A DNA stretch of 64,000 bases from Mobula hypostoma (Eukaryota). Below the pieces are notes generated by a model. The model had not been told where the DNA came from. It ran no database searches and saw nothing but the letters and a program-made list of their open reading frames with translations. Made by a program: the position numbers and the translations under genes. The stretch is from assembly GCF_963921235.1 (NCBI RefSeq), contig NC_086109.1, positions 17,114,001 through 17,178,000 on the forward strand, written 5' to 3'. Each line of letters starts with the position of its first letter. Position 1 is the first letter of the stretch. Below, in pieces: positions 50,265 through 62,729 of this stretch.

Positions 50265-51690
50265 ACCCGCGTTGTGTAAAAGACTTAGACGAATGTAAAA
50301 AAATAATCTGTAAGCAAAGTTGCTTTCAAAAATAATAAATGGAAAGTTTCTAAATATCAAGAGCAGCAAACAGTAAAAAAACTAAATCAAATCAATACTT
50401 GGTGTGACTGTCTTTTGCCTTTAACACTACATCAATTCTCTTTGGTACACTGTTGTGCAGTTTAAAATCAGTTGGTTGGTTGTTCCAAGCATCTTGGAGA
50501 ACTTGCCACAGTTCTTCTGCAGAATTTGGCTGTCTCACTGGCTTCTGTCTCTCTAGGTAATCCCAGACAGTCTAAATGATTTTGAGATTAGGGCTCTGTG
50601 GAGGACATACCATATGTTGCAGAACTCTGTTCTTTTCACTGAAGATGATTTTTATGACCTTGGCCATCTGTTTGGGATCATTGTACTGCTGCAGAATGAA
50701 GTTGGGACAGATCAGACACCACCTTGATGGCATTGCATGATGGAGGGCATTTGTACTTCTCAGCATTGAAAATTCTATTATTTTTGACTAGATCACCCAC
50801 TCGGTTTACAGAAATTCAGCCCTAAACCTGCAGGAAACCTCTGTTGTTCTTCAATGTTGGCTGTAGACATCCATCCACTCATCCAGCTCTTTTAAAGGAC
50901 AATCTACCTCTTGTTTGAGCCAAAATCTTCAAAGTTTGACTCATCAGTCAAGAGCACTTGCTACCACTGTTCTGTCCTTGTGTTTTTGTGTGTAGGCAAG
51001 TCTTTCGTCTTTGCTTCCACTTTGGAGGAATGGCTTTTTGGCAGCAACTCTTCCTTGAAGGCCATTTTTGACAAGACTTCTCCAGACTGTAGTAGGGTGT
51101 AGTTGGGTTCCAGTGAGTTCAGAGCTGATAGCAGTGCTGGACTTCTTTCAATTTAGAGGGAAGTCAGTCTGATGTGCCTCACATCAGCTGAACTCAGTTT
51201 CCATGGCCAACCACCATTTTTCTGGTGTCCAACCTTACCTGTTTCATAGTGCTTCTTTCAGAACTGCTTGGACAGCACATTTGAAGCTCTTGCGTCACAA
51301 AATTTCGGCTTGGGAGAGACTTTGCTGATGCAGAATGGCCACCTTGTGTCTTGTTGCTGTGCTCACTCTTGTCATGTTGTAAGAATTGATAATCTGAAGG
51401 TTAAACTGTCACATCTGCCACACACTCACCTTTTTGTTTGGTTGTCCTTCACCCAGTTTGATTGCTTCAACACCCATTAGTGTTTCAGATAATCAGCTTT
51501 GCTCATTCAACTCAAAATGTCATTGATCATTAGCAACTGTTTGTTTAATCACGCATTGGGCCATATACCTACAAAGTAATCAAGTTTTTATTTTAAAAGT
51601 TGTCTATTACTTAATGTTACTTTCTTCAAAGAAATTTTTGTATTTCATTAACATTTAATTTTTTTGGAAAATTAATGTTTGGAAATCTAA
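50265..51690 (-). mobile_element. Tc1 transposon with pseudogenised transposase
   Basis: Minus-strand motifs TDESNFE, LQQYNDPKQ (QDNDPKH-like) and PPQSPNLKII (SPDLNPIE-like); stops and frameshifts. Confidence 0.85.
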
Positions 51691-52609
51691 AACGTTCTCC
51701 AAAAATGCTTCCCCTCTTAGATGGAACAATTCATTTAAATATCAAATAAATTTCTCATTGTTCCTGAGGTTGCTCTTGGCAATGCTGAGTTGGAAGTTCA
51801 TATACACCAACTCCAGGGTAATCCTTGAAGGTTTGCAGCCAAGCTTTCAAACCACATTAAGTTGCTGCTAGATCTCATCACAAAGCTGTATTTACGTCAA
51901 TGACTCATTGTTAGCTAAACCACAAACAACTTAAATGGTGAACTGTGGGGAACAAAACTTTGAATACAAACATTCCAATAATCCTCAACTTGAAGACTAG
52001 ATTTCTTATAGTCTTAACTTGAATTAACTAGATTGAACAAAATGACAGTTAAGGGATTTCTATTTTAAAACCACTTTTTCTTAATGAGATTTTTGACAAA
52101 AATCACAACTTTCATCAATACATCTCAAGTGTGTAATAAAATGAAAGTAGACAATTTATGAAAAGTATACCTACAAACTGAAAGACACTACTGATACACT
52201 AATTTTTCTGGGTGCCAAAATGAAACTGGGCAGCTCATTCTATAGCTGCAGACAAATATTAGCATTTTCTAAAACAATAATTGCACCCCAAAATTCAGTC
52301 CGCTCACACACACAGGAGCTTGAAATCACAGTTGTCACTTTCAAAATGAAAATCATTGCGCCATGGGCCAGTAATAGAATCAAATTTTTGCCCAGTGCTT
52401 ATTCGTCCACAATGTGCTGCACACAATATCTAACTATTGAGCAGCATTCTACTCTCACAAACACTGCACAATCCACTGATCAAATACAACAGAACTATAT
52501 ATTTTTTCCACCAATGGCTTCTGACAACTTAAAATCCCATTTTTCTGTGTCAGTGAAAAGCTAATACTAAAGCTTAATGGAGCGCTTTCGATAATGCATT
52601 GTTAAATGG

Positions 52610-52860
52610 TAGCCCATGGCAAAACCCTCTTCTGATTACAACCATCAAGGAGGAAGATACAGGAGCCTGAAGACACAATGAAGAAAAGATTCTTCCCGTG
52701 CCATCCTATTTCTGAGCAATCTGTGAATACCACTTCACCATTCCTCTTTTGCGCTACTTTGAATTTTTATTGAAATTTTGCATTTTTGTCTTGAACTGTA
52801 CTATTGTAACAAAACAAATATTCTGACATATGTCAGTGACAATAAACTTGATTCTGATCC
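52610..52860 (+). mobile_element. Rex1-type LINE 3' end, degenerate
   Basis: PSRRKIQEPED-like codons; tail GACAATAAACTTGATTCTGAT. Confidence 0.65.
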
Positions 52861-54349
52861 AACAGTTAGGATTCTGAGCCAAAGGCACAAACAAAATTTA
52901 GGATTCATTTGCATGAAATCTCTATTATAATTGCCATTTCTATTTAAAAGTAGCTTTGGCTATTAATTTTAAGTGCTTATTCCTTGCTTAATGTCATTCT
53001 ATCCCAACCCCCAATCACTTGCAATCTAAAATCATGTTACAAAGGACAAGACGCTAATCAAGATGTAATCTAATAAAAATTCTTTCAAAAAAACTCTCCA
53101 TCATAATTGACTGTGCCTTTGCCCACAAGAGGCTGAGGAATGAATGATGAATTTCATCTGCTCCCACAATGGAGGCAGTCAGTGGCATCTCCAAGAGACC
53201 ACACAAAACGATGCAGAAAAAGGAATTCAGTCACAAGCTAATGAAACTGTTCAAAACTGAAGGACTAACTTCAGCCTGATGAACTGGAATGTAGTGCGTA
53301 GTTAAGGCACAGAAAATGGCAACACCAAATTGCAAATTCTTTCTCCATGATCCAAGCTGATGGACCAGTATTATCAAAAGCAGCATTGAAACTGTCCTTG
53401 GTGCTGCTCTTTTAGAGAGAGTGCTAAACTCATTGGCTTCTGATCACTACTCACCCATAACATCTGGTTAAAAATCTAATGAATTTTACAACCTAGTTCA
53501 TACCCGTTGCAGCAATCTCTCCCATCCACCAATTCCCAAATCTACCCAAGTAGCAGGAAAATGTTACAATACTCATTATAGATAAACAAAATCACCACTC
53601 ACCAAATCTCAAGCAACTCCAGCTCCAAAATGTGAATAGAGTTCATCAAGTTTCAATCATGTTTCCACTGCACCACTCTACCACAAGCCTTTCAGGAGTT
53701 AAGTTCAAGTGCCATTCAACCATACACAAATACAGATAATCAAAACAGCATTACTCAGAGGCCAAGCTGCAGAACACAGACCAACAGTCACACACAGTAC
53801 AAAGCACATAAAGGATAGTTAGCACATACAATATATTCATGACTGTAGGGGCAGGAGGAGAAGATGGCGGCGCGATGCAGCACACGCAGCTCTCTGGTGA
53901 AATGATATCGTATTTGTTAAGCAGGGACCGTGCACAATTCTGATTTGATGGAGACAGACATGAGAAGCAGAGGAACATCTGGAGAAAAACTGAAATGCCC
54001 GGTTCGCTGCCGCTGCTACTGTGCGATCGAGATTCTCTCTGAAGGGAAGGCCCCAAAATCCCCGGCTTTGCCTGCTGCTGGCGACCAAAGCTGAGGTCGA
54101 AGCATTCGGCAGAGATGGTGCTCGGTACTCGGTGTCGGAGGGCTGATCGGAGGCTCTAAGTTTTCAGAAGACTCAGAGTCAGACTGTGGTCGGGCATGGC
54201 AGGGAGTTTTCTTCCTTCTCCCGTCTGCGTGAGATGTGGGACTTTGGAGAGACTTTGAACTTTTTTTTACTGTGATTATGGCCTGTTCTTCATCAAGTGA
54301 TGGTATTGTTGCACTGTTGTAACTATATGTTATAATTTTGATATAATGT

Positions 54350-54550
54350 TATCATTTTGCATCTCCCCCTCCCCCTCCAGCTTTCAAATCCCTTACTCAC
54401 TCTTCCTTCAGTTAGTCCTGACGAAGGGTCTCGGCCTGAAACGTCGACTGCGCCTCTTCCTATAGATGCTGCTTGGCCTGCTGCATTCACCAGCAACTTT
54501 GATGTATGTTGCTTGAATTTCCAGCATCTGCAGAATTCCTGTTGTTTGCG
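54350..54550 (+). mobile_element. Young Penelope-like terminal fragment
   Basis: Nearly identical to 10985-11139 and to the arms of the 28247-28403 insert. Confidence 0.85.
54414..54449 (+). ncRNA. Intact minimal type I hammerhead ribozyme motif (PLE-associated)
   Basis: AGTC-CTGACGA-AGGgtctcggCCT-GAAA-CGTC-GACT; palindromic ACGT helix III; predicted cleavage after 54445. Confidence 0.75.
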
Positions 54551-55584
54551 TTCTAATTATGTGGTTTTTGTTAGTTTTTCAGTCTTGGTCTGTCCTGTGT
54601 TTCTGTGATATCACACCGGAGGAATATTGTATCATTTCTTAATGCATGCATTTCTAAATGACAATAAAAGAGGACTGCGTGTCCTCATATTCTAATCTAA
54701 ATATATAGTCACACAAAGAAAGCCCAAGGCCCTGAGTCCGTGAATGTTGCAGTATCTGCAGTTGAACATAACATTGCTTGTTTTCTGCTGAGCAAATACT
54801 TTGGGGGCAGCACCAACTCCCGCTTTGACGCTGCACCACACTGTCTCCAGTGGAGCGCACCGACCCTGACGGCTCTCTTCCGAGCAGCTGTAAGCAAGGT
54901 GACACTGAGGCCTCGTCCTTGCAACGATCAAGGCCATGCAGCTCCCCCGCTGCCTGCCAATAAATCAGTCAATCAGACTTGCGGCATTCCACATTAATAG
55001 TATCCAACAGGGTCTTGTGATCACAAGAAAGGCGGCTAAGAGAATCATTCGTTGTTAGAGCACACACCGCCTTTGAGCACCAACTCCTCCAATGCAAGCA
55101 GCGGTATGATACACACCAAGTCCAGCGCCTTCAGTTTCGCCGCCAATGAGCAACTTGCTGATGGTGTAAGACATGCTACTTTTAAGTTCTTAATGTCTAG
55201 CAGGGTCTTGCCATCATAAAAAGTACATTAAAAAAGACCACAACAAAAATGGTTGACCCCGTAGAAGGTGCAGCAATCAAATGCATTGCCATTTTACCAG
55301 AACCATTTTTTTTTTATAATATTTTCATAATATTTCAAAACAACCTTCCTCAAAAGATCATTTGCAGGTCAGCTTTTTTTTTTGAATTATGCTCCTAACT
55401 GTGAAATTCAATAACTATTAGAGATGCAGACCCAGTTGACACTTAACACAAGCTCAAATCCAATTTTTGTAAACCTTGCTTTTAACCAACAACTTTTTAA
55501 TGTTTATTTTTATTTTCATGCTTGCAGTTTTATCCCACTGTAAAGCACTTTGAGCTAAATCTATGAAAAGTGTCCTATAAACAA

Positions 55585-55680
55585 AATTATTAGCATTTTG
55601 GCCCCAAATGTTGACTTTACTTTTTTTCCATAGATGCTGCCTGGCCTGCTGCATTGCTCCAGCATTTTGTGTGTTGCTGA
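55585..55680 (+). mobile_element. Penelope-like terminal fragment
   Basis: CCATAGATGCTGCCTGGCCTGCTG...CCAGCATTTTGTGTGTTGC. Confidence 0.7.
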
Positions 55681-56639
55681 CATTTCTCAAAGTTGACTTT
55701 GAGTTTAAATTTGCTCTTGTTCATGCCCCGAATTTACCCATAGTATTCAAGCGGTGGCTTTTCCAAACCATATACCACCTTTAAACTGCGCCACAGAAAG
55801 AAAAGGCAACTAGTTTCTAGTTTTCATTTAGTTCAAACCCCCAAGTCACTCGTGCTTGTTTCTTCTCTTCACTGTTCCCGTTGGACAAATATCCTCTTTG
55901 CTTCTTGTTAACTAGAACAAAACCCATTTTATGGCTAAGAGTTAACAAGGACTTCATTCTACTTTGATGTGATTTACAGTCCAAAAATCCTCGGTCCCCC
56001 TATACCTCACCTTTCTAACAGTCCTGAATGTGTTTTCCATTTATGCACCCAAATGTCAGCATGATCATTTGGCATCCTGCACTCTGCTTCTTCCTTGTTC
56101 AATCCAATTTAACACTTCTCATAATAAATTCATTGCAACATAACAATTCACCTTTAATTGATTCCCAACATTTACAGTAAATTAAGCATGCAAAAATCAA
56201 ACCACATCACATCTTGCACAAAGCAATGCAATCATGGACAAACAATCTTTTCCAGATAGATCTTAGCTGGGATTTGCAGGGTCATCACTGGAAACCCAAG
56301 TTCACTTCTGGTGATTGTCTTCATTCAATAACACAGCATGCAGGAAAATCAATGAGTCTGCCATTGCCCAGGCCACATCACCCTTTTGGAATATATTCAC
56401 CACGGTCTTCAAATACAAATCACTGTTTTCTCTAAACACCCTCAAATGGCCATTCTGGACATCAAATATCTCCTCTACTGTCTTTTACATCAAAGTCATC
56501 AAGTTATTTGTTTAGCAAGGAAACTGGCCCTGCAATCCATGTCAATCAACCTCTCAGTTATTCTATATCTTACATTTATCCCATTTTTATTCTCTGTAAA
56601 TGGTCATTATCCTCCAAACTTACCAAAATGTCAGGACCT

Positions 56640-56790
56640 ATGTAGTGGCCAATTAACCTACCAACCCACACATCTTTAAGATGCAGATCAAAACCTGAGC
56701 ACCCAGAAGAAATTCTTCAGGTGTCACAGAAAGATGCAAACTCCACAGACAGTAGTCAAGGTCAGCAATGAACCCAGGTCACTGAAATGA
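56640..56790 (-). mobile_element. V-SINE/HE1-like SINE fragment
   Basis: Homologous to 4370-4551; B-box-like GGGTTCATTG. Confidence 0.6.
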
Positions 56791-57750
56791 ACAGAATCTA
56801 TCCCTTGTTTTGAACCCTTCATGCCATCTCCAACAATTCATTTATAGTGGCTGCTCAAACTGTTTAACTCCATTCCAGAATGATATATTGCTCACAATCT
56901 CCGATGAAAGGAAAAACATTAGAAATATAAAGCATGATCTTTTACTCATCCACAACTCAGCTCATGTCTACATCAAGTTTTCCCTCAATAATTGCCCTTA
57001 TTGTTGTGTTCCAGAAACCAAATGGATGATACAGTTATAACTCAACCTACTGTTTTGCCCTTTTCTCCTTAGCATTTCTGATTAGTCTCAATTAGTTTCT
57101 CATTTTTCAAGCATTGCTTCTACACAACCTTCCCTTTACACAAAAAGGTTATTGAGCCAGAATGGGTCTGTTGATACTCTGACTCATGATATTTAAACTA
57201 TTTATAATAACACTGAGGAAAAGAGTACTAACATTCAGAGTGCTAAAGTTAACAGCAGATAAATTTTTACTGCTGCTTTTCCTATATTGAAGCACTGAAA
57301 TTATTTTGTCATGTAGTAAACCACATACTAGAGTTCAAGCATTTACATGTTTCTTCAAGGACAAAATCCATGGTATAGACTGTCCCTTGAAATTTAAAAT
57401 ACACTTTGATCTTGAGAGAAATCTTAATCAATAAATCAATTCAATAACTTCAAATCAATTGAAAAATAATTCAAAAACTTCAAGCAAATCCCTTGAAAAG
57501 CGCTCAGATTAAAAGGAACCGAGAGACTAGAAACGATTGGAAGAACTCGAATTAATTCTACCAAAACATGTTTGATAACAGCATTCCACTCTTCTTTTGC
57601 AACAGCAGCTTTCAAACTGTTAGTAGCTTACTGAGGAATTTTGCAGGTTGCCAGAAGTAGCTCAGGTTTGATCATTTCTTCGCCCCGACCACCTCACAAA
57701 CCCATCTGGCTGCCCATCCTCCCAGTAAAAAAAGGCATCACATACTCTAT

Positions 57751-57842
57751 AAACAAGAGATTCTGCAGATGCTGGAAATCCAGAGTAACTCACTCAAAAT
57801 GTTAGAGGAACCTGCTTAGTTCCTCCAGTATTTTGTGTTTAT
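57751..57842. mobile_element. Short inverted Penelope-terminus remnant
   Basis: CAAAATGTTAGAGGAAC ... GTTCCTCCAGTATTTTG. Confidence 0.65.
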
Positions 57843-59831
57843 CGCAAACTCTATTGTTGCTTTAAATTAAACACGTTAATTTGACAAACAATTCAACATA
57901 AAATGTAATAAATGTCAAGTATACAAAAATAACTGCATGAAAAGCAATTTCAGAAATTACTATGTCCCAATCAACACCAATCAGATACAGGGCAGAAACT
58001 ATCCTAAATTCATTACAGAATCTTCCTGCTAAGACCTGAAGTTCATTCTTTCTCAATGATGCTTAACTCTCTGTTCACAGTCTTCACTCCAATCGGGCCA
58101 CAGTTCAGTCATGGGCACATTATAACCAAAATAGTGAATGTCAACTTTTCTACTCCACAGCTTAGCTCAATTGCCTCTTCAAGAGTGCAACTGAAATGTG
58201 AGCCAATGCACTTCTCTCTCCAGTACCAAAGCCAATCCTTCCTATTTTACAGAGATGTCCAAGACTGATCTCTTTAGATCCCTCTGAGCCCATGAAATTC
58301 TCCCCTCATCAATTCTCTCTCAACATTTACGCATTGAATTGAAGTTATGATGCCAAGACACACTAAAAATGGAGTTCAATGTATTTGCTGAACTAGCTTT
58401 TAAGTTGCATACAAGAATAACTGCTTGCAACTTGAGCATCTTATGCTGTCTCTCACTAAAGCAGTAAAAGTTTGAGAAAAGGATAGAAAATTCCCAACAT
58501 TAAGTCCAGAATCAATAACAAAACCAGTATATACACAAAGCAAATTCAATCATAGCTACTTATCTCAAAAACTGGAGCATTTTTAATCATGAGCTCTAAA
58601 TGCATTTTTCATCTGGACATGCATACTACACATTGCTTTTCTTCTTTAATGATCGAGGCAACAGGGCACACAAGCCCCATCCGACACTCAAACAGATCAT
58701 TTCTAAACTTTTCTCATGTCACAACAACCAACACCATCCATTCATTAGCTCAGTTCTTATTTAAACTATCTAACAATGATGACAAGGCTTCAATTATTCG
58801 ATGCACAGATACAAGTAAGCAAAAAACATTAATGAGATTACTGCCTTCAATTTCTTTAAGTTTTGGCAATTAATGGAATTTAGACTCTGCCCACTGAGAA
58901 GCTATATTAAACAGATTTCAAAATACTGCAACTATATCAAAGAACAGCTAAGTTCCTACTTTGTGTTGGTCATTTCCCTTTCTCCACATCTCTGTAGCAT
59001 TTGAAACAAGTTAAACATTATCCTTAATACAGAAGTGGATATTAAGTTTGCAGTTCAATAGTACAGCACAAGTTAAGATCATTTGTAACAACTGATCATT
59101 CAAAATAACTAATCATAAAACTGAGACTAGAGATTATGTAGATACTAACGATTGTGAGTAACACACAAAATGCTGGTCCAACTCAGCAGCTCGGGCAGCA
59201 TCTATGGAGGAAAATGAATAGTCAAGACCCTTAACCTCTTTTTTTAAATGCTTCATGACACTACCTTCAAATAAATTACTGTAAAATGCACCTCTCACTT
59301 GATGCCTGATGCAACAAAATGGGTCAAAAATAAGCCAACAGTTTGCAATTTGGGGTTGGACAGTTTTCTGAATAAATTGTGGATAGTGGTGCAACCTAAT
59401 TCTCCTATTGATTATATGCTTATCTAGAGATGTTAAATCAGAACATGGCTATTGCTTTAAATGCATGCAAAACTCCAGAACTGGGCAGGCTTCGGTTAAT
59501 TATGCAACATCCAACAAAAACTTGTGTTTTAATATTCAGTTACTTTTCAAAACAGACACAGATGTGTTGCAATGAGAGTTAGGACAGGAACGGAAATAAC
59601 TGGAGCAGACAACATTGCAGTTTCCAAATGACTCAGCTTCTATAAGAAACTCATGCATCTGGATATCATCACCACAAGCTATCAACCACTGGAACCATTC
59701 AAGCTCATTGCAATGATTGAAGTCCACCCAACTTCAGAACATGCTCACAAGTTTGTCAAATGATAGCTGAAAGCAATGATAGGTTATTCAATACTTACTG
59801 CATCTCAGGACTCACCCTTTGGCACCATATA

Positions 59832-60366
59832 CACCCAGTGGTAACTTCATTAGGAACACCTGCTCGTTAATGCAAATATCTAATCAGCCAATCATGTGGC
59901 AGCACTCAATGCATAACAGCATGCAGACATGGTCAACAGGTTCAGTTGTTCAGACCAAACATCAGAATGGAGATGAAATGTGATCCAAGTGATTTTTTTT
60001 TAAACTGTGGAATGATTGTTGGTGCCAGAAGGGATGGTTTGAGCATCTCAGAAACTGCTGATCTCCTGGGGTTTTCATGCAGTCTCTGGGGGAGTTTACA
60101 GAGAATGGCGTGGAAAAACAGAACACAACCAGTGAGTGGCAGTTCTGTGGGTGAAAACTCCTTGTTAATGAGAGAAGCCAGAGGCGAATGATCTGACTGG
60201 TTCAAGCTGACAGGAGGGTGACAGCAACTCAAATAACTACACTTTACACCAGTGGTGTGCAGAAGAGCATCTCTGAATGCACAACATGTTGAATCTTGAA
60301 GTGGTTGGGCTATAGCAGAAGACCGCAATGGGTTTCACTCCTGTACCTAATAAAGTGGCCAGAGTG
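59832..60366 (+). mobile_element. Non-autonomous Tc1-like DNA transposon with an HTH remnant
   Basis: TA-flanked TIRs; peptide GMIVGARRDGLSISETADLLGFS. Confidence 0.85.
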
Positions 60367-60491
60367 TAGTTCTTACAAGAATGCAGATACTGTTTCTATT
60401 ATAACAGCTGGAGTACTTGACTGAATGTTGATTGTAACTACAAGTTGTTCTCTGCATTCTATACATGACTTTGGCAAGACAAACAATCCAA

Positions 60492-60537
60492 TGTTAGTTG
60501 ATTTACGAGGAAACTGTTAGTTGATTTATGAGGAAAG
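60492..60537. repeat. 23-bp tandem duplication at the 5' junction of retroelement copy 3
   Basis: TGTTAGTTGATTTA(C/T)GAGGAAA(C/G) twice. Confidence 0.85.
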
Positions 60538-61188
60538 AGGAGAAAATGGTGGTGCAACGCAGCGCACGCGACTGCTCTAGAAATTATATCGGTATTTGTT
60601 AAGTAGGTACCGTGCACAATTCTGATTTGACGGAGACAGACGTGAGAGTATGGAGGAACATCTGGAGAAACTTCTGAAATGCCCGCTTCACTGCCGCTGC
60701 TATTGTGTAGTCCGGAATCTCCGGAGAAGGCCTCTGAATCCTTGGCTTTGCTTGTTTTGGTGGCCGGGACGAGGTCGAAGGCGCTCGGCAGGCTGTATTG
60801 AAGGGGCTGCTCGGAGGCTCAAAGTTTTTGGACGGACTCAGAGTCGGCTGTCAGGTGCTTCCAATGCACTCGCAGTTGTCAGTTGTCGGTGCTTGGAGGT
60901 TTACGGCAGGGAGAATTTCTCCCTGTTGCCGCCTGCTATCAGGGACTATTGGAGTCGATTGGGACTTGAGACTTTTTCTTACTGTTCCCATGGTCTGCTC
61001 TTCATCAAATTATGGTATTGTTTTGCACTGCTGTAACTATATAACTATGTGGTTTTGTCAGTGTTAGTCTTTGGTTTGTCCTTTTTTTTGTGATATCACT
61101 TGAGGAACATTGTATCATTTTTTAATGCATGCATTTCTAAATGACAATAAACGAGGACTGAGTGCCTTCATAATCCAATCTAATCTAA
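60537..61188 (+). mobile_element. ~650-bp non-autonomous retroelement, copy 3 of 3
   Basis: Collinear with copies 1 and 2; (AATCT)n tail. Confidence 0.82.
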
Positions 61189-61594
61189 ACTGTCAGGGAA
61201 TGGGAAGGTTTATCAAGTATGGACAGCACGTGCCATTCCTGCCAGTGCACAACCAAACTCCTCATTCCAAACAGGCTTCCCAATATTCAACTTGCTTTCA
61301 GCTGAAGAGAGAAATGAGGGAAAGGAGGGAAAAAAGATACCACACAAAGTACACATTCAACACAGCATTGTAGGCCGAAAGCCCTGTATTGTGCTGTAAT
61401 TTTTCTATGTTTCTACATCAACTTTAGATTGCATTGATTTCAATCAGCACATGTTCTTAAGATATTATCAAAATTCATAAACTGCTGTCATGATACAGCT
61501 ACTTTTATAAACTGAAGGGCATTAGATCATATCTCTTTACAAAACTTTCAGATAAAGTAAATCCCAAATCAAAAACAGATTAAAATTTACTATG

Positions 61595-62435
61595 CTGGTT
61601 TGCAGATGATAACACTATAGTGGGCCACATCTCAAATAACAATCAGCTGGAATACAGGAAGGTGATTGAGAGCTTAGGGACATTGTACAAGACAGCAACC
61701 ATTCCCTGAATGTCAACAGAAGAGCTGATCTTTGCCTCCAGAAAGAGGGGGCAGTGCACACACTCCTATCTTTAGCCAAAAAGTAGAGGTCGAGAGTGTT
61801 AAGAGCTCCAAGTTTTGACCTTTCAACATCACCAATAGCCTATCCTGGTTCAACTATGTTAATATCATTGCCAAGAAAGCTCGCCAACACTTCTACTTTC
61901 GAGAGGAAAAAAAATGACACATTCTTGTTGACCTTTATTAATTTTTAAATTGATGCACCAGAGAAAGCATTCTGTCCGGATGCATAGCGGCTTGGTGTGG
62001 GAACTTCTCTGCACATCACATCACTGAAACCAGTCTCCCTTCTGTGAACTGTTTATACTTACTGCTGCCTCAGTAGAACAGCCAGCATGATTGAAAGCAC
62101 CACCCACCCCAGACGTGCTCTTCTTTCCTCTCCAACGGGACAGAAGATAGAAGCCTGAAAGCATGTACCAGTCTCAAGGCCAGCTTCTATCCCACTGTTA
62201 TCAGACTCTCAAACAGGCCTCCTGTATGATAAGACTCTTCATCTCTCAATCCACCTTATTATATTGCACATTATCGTTTACCTGCACTGCACTTTTTTTG
62301 TAACCCTTACACTTCATTCTGCATTACTGTTCTACCTATTCTACCTCAATGCATTGTGTAATGATTTGATCTGTATGAACAGTCAAAACAAGCTTTTCAT
62401 TGCATCTTAGTACATGTGCCAATCAACCAATACCA
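61595..62435 (+). mobile_element. Rex1-type LINE RT/3' fragment, degenerate
   Basis: FADDNTIVGHIS codons. Confidence 0.75.
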
Positions 62436-62729
62436 TGATCCTTGAGGTAACACTGTACAGAAAGAACCTGCAACATCTTTTAAATGTATCAATGGGGCAA
62501 AAATAGAGCAACTACTTGTGAATCAACCAGAAAAATTGAACATTTTATTTTCAGTGATGATACTGTCCTATAGATTTGCTAAATATGCTCACAGGAAAAA
62601 AAAGGATCTCAGGGTTGTATGTGGTGACATGCATGTATTCTGATAATACATTTTACTTTGAACTTTAGACTGGAAAATGTTTGTCCTGGCATTTAATTAA
62701 TTTGAAGCTAACATACAGCTGCAGCTAGA

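Larger units (their letters stand above)
53845..54700 (+). mobile_element. ~650-bp non-autonomous retroelement, copy 2 of 3, carrying a nested PLE terminus
   Basis: AAGATGGCGGC at 53861-53871; collinear with copy 1 except the insert at ~54338-54550. Confidence 0.82.
53697..55304 (-). mobile_element. Host non-autonomous Rex1-like element, interrupted by 53845-54700
   Basis: Minus-strand head TTCTGGTAAAATGGCA (decayed TTCCGGTAAGATGGCG-like) at ~55302; (CTTGAA) tail at ~53700. Confidence 0.5.

Noticed and set aside
51757..51828. Plus-strand peptide IVPEVALGNAELEVHIHQLQG, loosely resembling the end of DSTYK exon 2
   Set aside because: Wrong strand, in-frame stop just upstream (51736-51738) and very short similarity; most likely chance.
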